Source of the DNA: an uncultured virus (IMG/VR IMGVR_UViG_2773857995_000001)
Taxonomy: Duplodnaviria > Heunggongvirae > Uroviricota > Caudoviricetes
Virus record (IMG/VR): IMGVR_UViG_2773857995_000001
Location: 44,556 to 64,555 of that record
Reading direction: 5' to 3' (one strand)
DNA: 20,000 bases
The translations under genes were made by a program, and so were the position numbers. The notes below the pieces were generated by a model. That model did not search any database. It worked only from the letters and a program-made list of their open reading frames with translations, and had not been told where the DNA came from. Shown here piece by piece: positions 16,826-20,000 of the stretch (within the stretch, counting starts at the first letter, position 1; every line of letters starts with the position of its first letter).

Positions 16826-17767
16826 ATGGCGATCACAGTAAAGAAAAATCTCGTTCCATCCAGTAAGTATTCGGTTAAATGTCCGTATTCAATGGATGCG
16901 AAGTACATCACGTTCCACAATACGGCAAACGACGCATCAGCAGCGAATGAGATTGCGTACATGATTCGGAACAACAACGAAGTATCGTATCACTTCGCGG
17001 TAGACGATAAGGAAGTCGTTCAGGGACTTCCGACTAACCGTAACGCCTGGCATTGCGGAGACGGTAACGGTGTTAATTCCGGAAACCGTACGTCTATTGG
17101 CGTCGAGGTCTGCTATTCGAAATCAGGCGGCGCTAAGTATAAAGCGGCTGAAAAGCTGGCGATTAAATTCATTGCGCAACTATTGAAGGAGCGCGGTTGG
17201 GGCGTTGATCGCGTCAAAAAACACCAGGACTGGAACGGAAAATACTGTCCGCACCGTGTACTCGATGAGGGACGTTGGGACGAAGTAAAAGCGGCCATCG
17301 CTGCGGAACTTAAAGCGCTCGGAGGAAAGTCGTCTAGCCCTGCAAAACCAGCGTCTAAGCCATCCGGAAAGACTTATACCGTCAAGAAAGGCGACACGCT
17401 TTCGGAAATCGCGGTTAAAACAGGCGTCAGCGTGGCGAAACTTCAGTCCTATAACGGCATTAAAAATCCGAATAAAATCACGGTTGGCCAAGTGCTGAAG
17501 CTTACGGGAAGCGGCGGTTCCAAGTCGTCATCAAGCGGTAAGAAATACGTTTACCTTCCGGCATCTGCCGATTCATGGCGCATCTATCCGACAAACAAAG
17601 CGCCAGTCAAAGGGAACGAGATAAACTATTTGCGTCCGAAAAAATTTGGCGGCCTTAAATACGAGATCCTTGCGAATCCACAAACGGACGTCTATACGAT
17701 CAAAACGGATCAGTTCGGAAAAGTGAATATCTACGCGGCGAAATCAACCGGCGCAACTGTAAAATAA
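16826..17767 (+). CDS. Endolysin: N-acetylmuramoyl-L-alanine amidase (Amidase_2, CwlA/XlyB-like) with LysM and an extra C-terminal domain
   Basis: Zn-amidase motifs '[12 protein letters not shown]', 'SYHFAVDD', 'NAWHCGDG', 'SIGVEVC', '[10 protein letters not shown]'. LysM '[13 protein letters not shown]...[15 protein letters not shown]'. Confidence 0.95.
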   Translation: MAITVKKNLVPSSKYSVKCPYSMDAKYITFHNTANDASAANEIAYMIRNNNEVSYHFAVDDKEVVQGLPTNRNAWHCGDGNGVNSGNRTSIGVEVCYSKSGGAKYKAAEKLAIKFIAQLLKERGWGVDRVKKHQDWNGKYCPHRVLDEGRWDEVKAAIAAELKALGGKSSSPAKPASKPSGKTYTVKKGDTLSEIAVKTGVSVAKLQSYNGIKNPNKITVGQVLKLTGSGGSKSSSSGKKYVYLPASADSWRIYPTNKAPVKGNEINYLRPKKFGGLKYEILANPQTDVYTIKTDQFGKVNIYAAKSTGATVK

Positions 17768-17787
17768 TCGAAAAGGGAGACGATATT

Positions 17788-18018
17788 ATGAACGTAAAGA
17801 CAACTGAAAAAATTAGCGCAGGCACAATCGCTCGGTTCGTGCTACTTGCGCTTGCACTTGTTAACCAGACGCTTACGATGACGGGTCACAGTCCGATTCC
17901 GGTCGATGAAGACGGCGTACAGCAATTTATTTCGCTCGCATTTACCGGAGCAACTTCGTTATGGGCGTACTGGAAAAATAACGATGTGACGAAGAAAGCG
18001 CGGACTAAAGGAGAATAG
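17788..18018 (+). CDS. SPP1-family (XhlB-like) holin
   Basis: 'GTIARFVLLALALVNQ.L...G.SPIP' and 'WAYWKNNDVTKKA' signature; two TM segments. Confidence 0.9.
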   Translation: MNVKTTEKISAGTIARFVLLALALVNQTLTMTGHSPIPVDEDGVQQFISLAFTGATSLWAYWKNNDVTKKARTKGE

Positions 18019-18032
18019 TTAGCGGAACAATT

Positions 18033-18072
18033 TCGGAGAGGACGTTTGAGACGTTTTCTCCGATCATTTTTC
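18033..18072 (+). terminator. Terminator ending the late operon
   Basis: 13-bp stem TCGGAGAGGACGT-TTGAG-ACGTTTTCTCCGA followed by TCATTTTTC. Confidence 0.7.
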
Positions 18073-18179
18073 ATTGCATTTTCCATATGCAAAAACCTGT
18101 CATACTTTTGCCACCTAAGGATGATTAAAAAATTTACGATAGGAAATCCTAAAAAAGAAAACGTAGCGTGCAGAAAAAC

Positions 18180-18208
18180 TTGTTTTCGTTATGCCAATAT
18201 TTTATAAT
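18180..18208 (+). promoter_or_regulatory. SigA-type promoter for the antitoxin-like/GNAT pair
   Basis: TTGTTT (18180-18185), 17 bp spacer, TATAAT (18203-18208), with A-tracts upstream. Confidence 0.6.
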
Positions 18209-18273
18209 CGTAATATACATTGACTATTCGCTGAATGTATAGTGCGGTTACCATCTCAAAAAGGGTGATCGAA

Positions 18274-18468
18274 ATGAGCGAAAGTGGGGATGATAAAATG
18301 GGCGTAGCAAAACCAATCAAGCCTATGCGTATTGAATTCGAAACTGAAAAGCAAGCAGAAGAGTTTGAAAAATGGGCTTACTCTAAAGAAACGTCTAGGA
18401 GCGAAAGTGCTATCCGTGTTCGGGAGGCGCTAGCAGCTTATAGAAAAATGAAAAAACGATCTAGGTGA
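18274..18468 (+). CDS. Small putative antitoxin (56-64 aa)
   Basis: ATG 18274 (AAGGGTGAT upstream) or ATG 18298 (GGGGA upstream). Ends 7 nt before the GNAT, with its stop inside the GNAT SD (AGGTGA). 'RIEFETEKQAEEFEKW...RVREALAAY' loosely resembles the neutralising C-terminal part of DUF1778 antitoxins. Confidence 0.6.
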   Translation: MSESGDDKMGVAKPIKPMRIEFETEKQAEEFEKWAYSKETSRSESAIRVREALAAYRKMKKRSR

Positions 18469-18475
18469 TTGAAGA

Positions 18476-19000
18476 GTGGCTCAGCTGGTTGAACTGTTTG
18501 ACGAGGTTCTTTCCCCAGAGCATCGATCAAAAGTAGATAATTTCAAATGCGAATCGGAGAAAGATGTAGAAATCTTTTTAAAAAAGGATTCTTGGGAGTT
18601 ACAGGAGTATAACATGACCCTTACCCGACTGTTCTTCAATAAAGATGGAGATCTCGTTGGGTATTTTACTTTGTTCAATGAATCTGTACCAAAAGTGGGC
18701 AAAGATAAATTAATAAAAGAGAATTGGAAATTGCCTAATTCAGAAAAAAGTTATCCTGCTGTCAGATTACATTATCTCGGAGTAGATGAGAGGTACCAAA
18801 AGCAAGGAATAGGATATACGATATTAATATCGGCTATCGATGTTTGCACAAAAATTTCTAAACTATCTGGTTGCACATTCGTCTCTGTACAGGCTTTGAA
18901 CAGTGCGGTGGAGTTTTATGAAAAATACCATTTCAAACGGGTTGCAACAGAAAAGAAGTATGTTAATATGTTACTTAAATTAGAAGATGCTGAAGAATAA
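18476..19000 (+). CDS. GNAT acetyltransferase, TacT/AtaT/KacT-like toxin subfamily
   Basis: 'H..KVDNFKC....VEIFLK', 'VGYFTL', 'YPAVRLHYLGVDERYQKQGIG' (acetyl-CoA motif A), 'GCTFVSVQALNSAVEFYEKYHF'. This layout matches aminoacyl-tRNA-acetylating toxins. Confidence 0.8.
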   Translation: MAQLVELFDEVLSPEHRSKVDNFKCESEKDVEIFLKKDSWELQEYNMTLTRLFFNKDGDLVGYFTLFNESVPKVGKDKLIKENWKLPNSEKSYPAVRLHYLGVDERYQKQGIGYTILISAIDVCTKISKLSGCTFVSVQALNSAVEFYEKYHFKRVATEKKYVNMLLKLEDAEE

Positions 19001-19021
19001 ATCACATAACCCAATCAGACG

Positions 19022-19052
19022 AAGACTGCCGAAACCGATCGGCGGTCTTTTT
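19022..19052 (+). terminator. Rho-independent terminator after GNAT
   Basis: AAGACTGCCGA-AACCGA-TCGGCGGTCTT followed by TTT. Confidence 0.8.
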
Positions 19053-19146
19053 GTGGTTGCGAAACGCGAAGGAACGACTAAGTAAGCGGAACTTTTTGCG
19101 GGCGCCTGCGTATAAAAGCGTAGGTGCTCGTGGTACATAAATGAGC

Positions 19147-19176
19147 TTGCGGGAGACGCTGCCGATCGAGTATAAT
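19147..19176 (+). promoter_or_regulatory. SigA-type promoter for the membrane protein gene
   Basis: TTGCGG (19147-19152), 18 bp spacer, TATAAT (19171-19176), followed by SD GAGGAGGGG. Confidence 0.55.
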
Positions 19177-19199
19177 TTTACCTATGAGGAGGGGAACAA

Positions 19200-20000
19200 T
19201 TGAAAGAAACGCCTTTTTACAAAACGAATTGGTTCATTATACTTATGATAATCGTTCTTTTTCCGGTCGGCTTAATTCTAATGTGGACTAATAGAAAATG
19301 GACGTTTATTACTCGGATCATTGTAAGCTGCATAGTTGTCGTATTAGCGATAGTCGGATATTATACGCAGAGCCCGCAGTCAGAAAAAGTATCAGCCCAG
19401 GTTGATGCGGAAAACAAGATTACAAAACCTGTGAAGAAAACAAAACAAGAGGAAAAAACAAAAGATGATCAATCTGTAAAAGATGAAAAGGAAACAAAAA
19501 CTAATAAAGAAGAAACATCAGTGACGGAAGAAACAAAAAATGAAAAAGAAAAACCCGAAGTGAATAACGAAGAAAAGAGTAAAGAAGAGATAGAAAAAAT
19601 TATCGAAAAGACTGTAGGTGAAAAATCTGGAGAAAATCCGAAGATTAGTGACTTGGAAGTATCTGATCTTCTGGAATCCAATACAAAAACCGTCAGGACA
19701 GTTAATGTGACTTTGAACGGTAATGATAACCTTACCGCTAATATGATCCGCGAGGGCATGCTAATCGAAGCCAAACAACTCATCCCTAAGATTTTCGAAG
19801 ATAAAAAAGTAGGACGAGTAATTCTTACATGGAAATTCCCTTTAATAGATTTAAAAGGTAACTCAGACGCTAAAAAAGTCTTGTCTATACAAATCGAACG
19901 CAAAACAAACGATGAAATAAACTGGGATCATTTCAATTTTAATAACTTCAATAAAGTTGCTGATCACTATTATGAGCACCCCACATTAAGCAAAGATTGA
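19200..20000 (+). CDS. Membrane-anchored hypothetical protein (N-terminal TM region, Lys/Glu-rich linker, C-terminal globular domain)
   Basis: TTG start with strong SD. Hydrophobic 'WFIILMIIVLFPVGLILMW' and 'IIVSCIVVVLAIVGYY', low-complexity K/E linker, folded C-domain ending 'INWDHFNFNNFNKVADHYYEHP'. Stop TGA at 19998-20000; AT-rich. Confidence 0.8.
   Translation: MKETPFYKTNWFIILMIIVLFPVGLILMWTNRKWTFITRIIVSCIVVVLAIVGYYTQSPQSEKVSAQVDAENKITKPVKKTKQEEKTKDDQSVKDEKETKTNKEETSVTEETKNEKEKPEVNNEEKSKEEIEKIIEKTVGEKSGENPKISDLEVSDLLESNTKTVRTVNVTLNGNDNLTANMIREGMLIEAKQLIPKIFEDKKVGRVILTWKFPLIDLKGNSDAKKVLSIQIERKTNDEINWDHFNFNNFNKVADHYYEHPTLSKD

Noticed and set aside
417..17491. Many minus-strand and alternate-frame ORFs (e.g. 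3124-3648, 3989-4453, 14132-14581, 13632-13931)
   Set aside because: They lie within well-supported + strand genes and show no recognisable motifs; they are consistent with codon-bias shadows.
17788..17830. Dual-start holin/antiholin motif
   Set aside because: Only one Met at the N-terminus (MNVKTTEK); no Met-Lys-Met arrangement.
17886..18092. Minus-strand 68-aa ORF antisense to the holin
   Set aside because: No convincing RBS, it crosses the terminator and overlaps the holin, and it has no recognisable features.
18220..18243. TTGACT...TATAGT as promoter, and ATG 18235 as antitoxin start
   Set aside because: The spacer is only 12 bp and ATG 18235 has no SD. The TTGTTT-17-TATAAT promoter and starts at 18274 or 18298 fit better.
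18019..20000. Prophage attachment site or integrase at the right end
   Set aside because: No recombinase, tRNA or host gene is visible, and an att core cannot be identified without the other prophage end.

Overview
All real genes are on the + strand. The window is the late (virion and lysis) region of a Bacillus-type temperate siphophage or prophage with SPP1/TP901-like gene order. It runs: portal C-terminus, scaffold, DUF5309-like major capsid, head-fibre/decoration protein, head-tail joining proteins with a displaced MuF/gp7-like gene, tail tube, tail assembly chaperones, tape measure, Dit, Tal, a phi29 gp12-like tailspike, a BppU-like baseplate/RBP, two small fibre-associated proteins, and a BhlA-amidase-holin lysis cassette. 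Two programmed frameshifts are readable in the sequence: +1 at CCC-TAA adds an FN3 domain to the tail tube, and -1 at T-TTT-TTC makes the gpGT-like chaperone. The scaffold begins with an L27-like Prp cleavage motif and is preceded by a structured, pseudoknot-like leader. After lysis lies an AT-rich accessory (moron) region with its own promoters and terminators. It holds a very small antitoxin-like gene coupled to a TacT/AtaT-type GNAT acetyltransferase, then a membrane-anchored protein. This accessory locus is the best candidate for an undescribed defence or exclusion system. All family calls come from motif recognition and gene order, not database searches.
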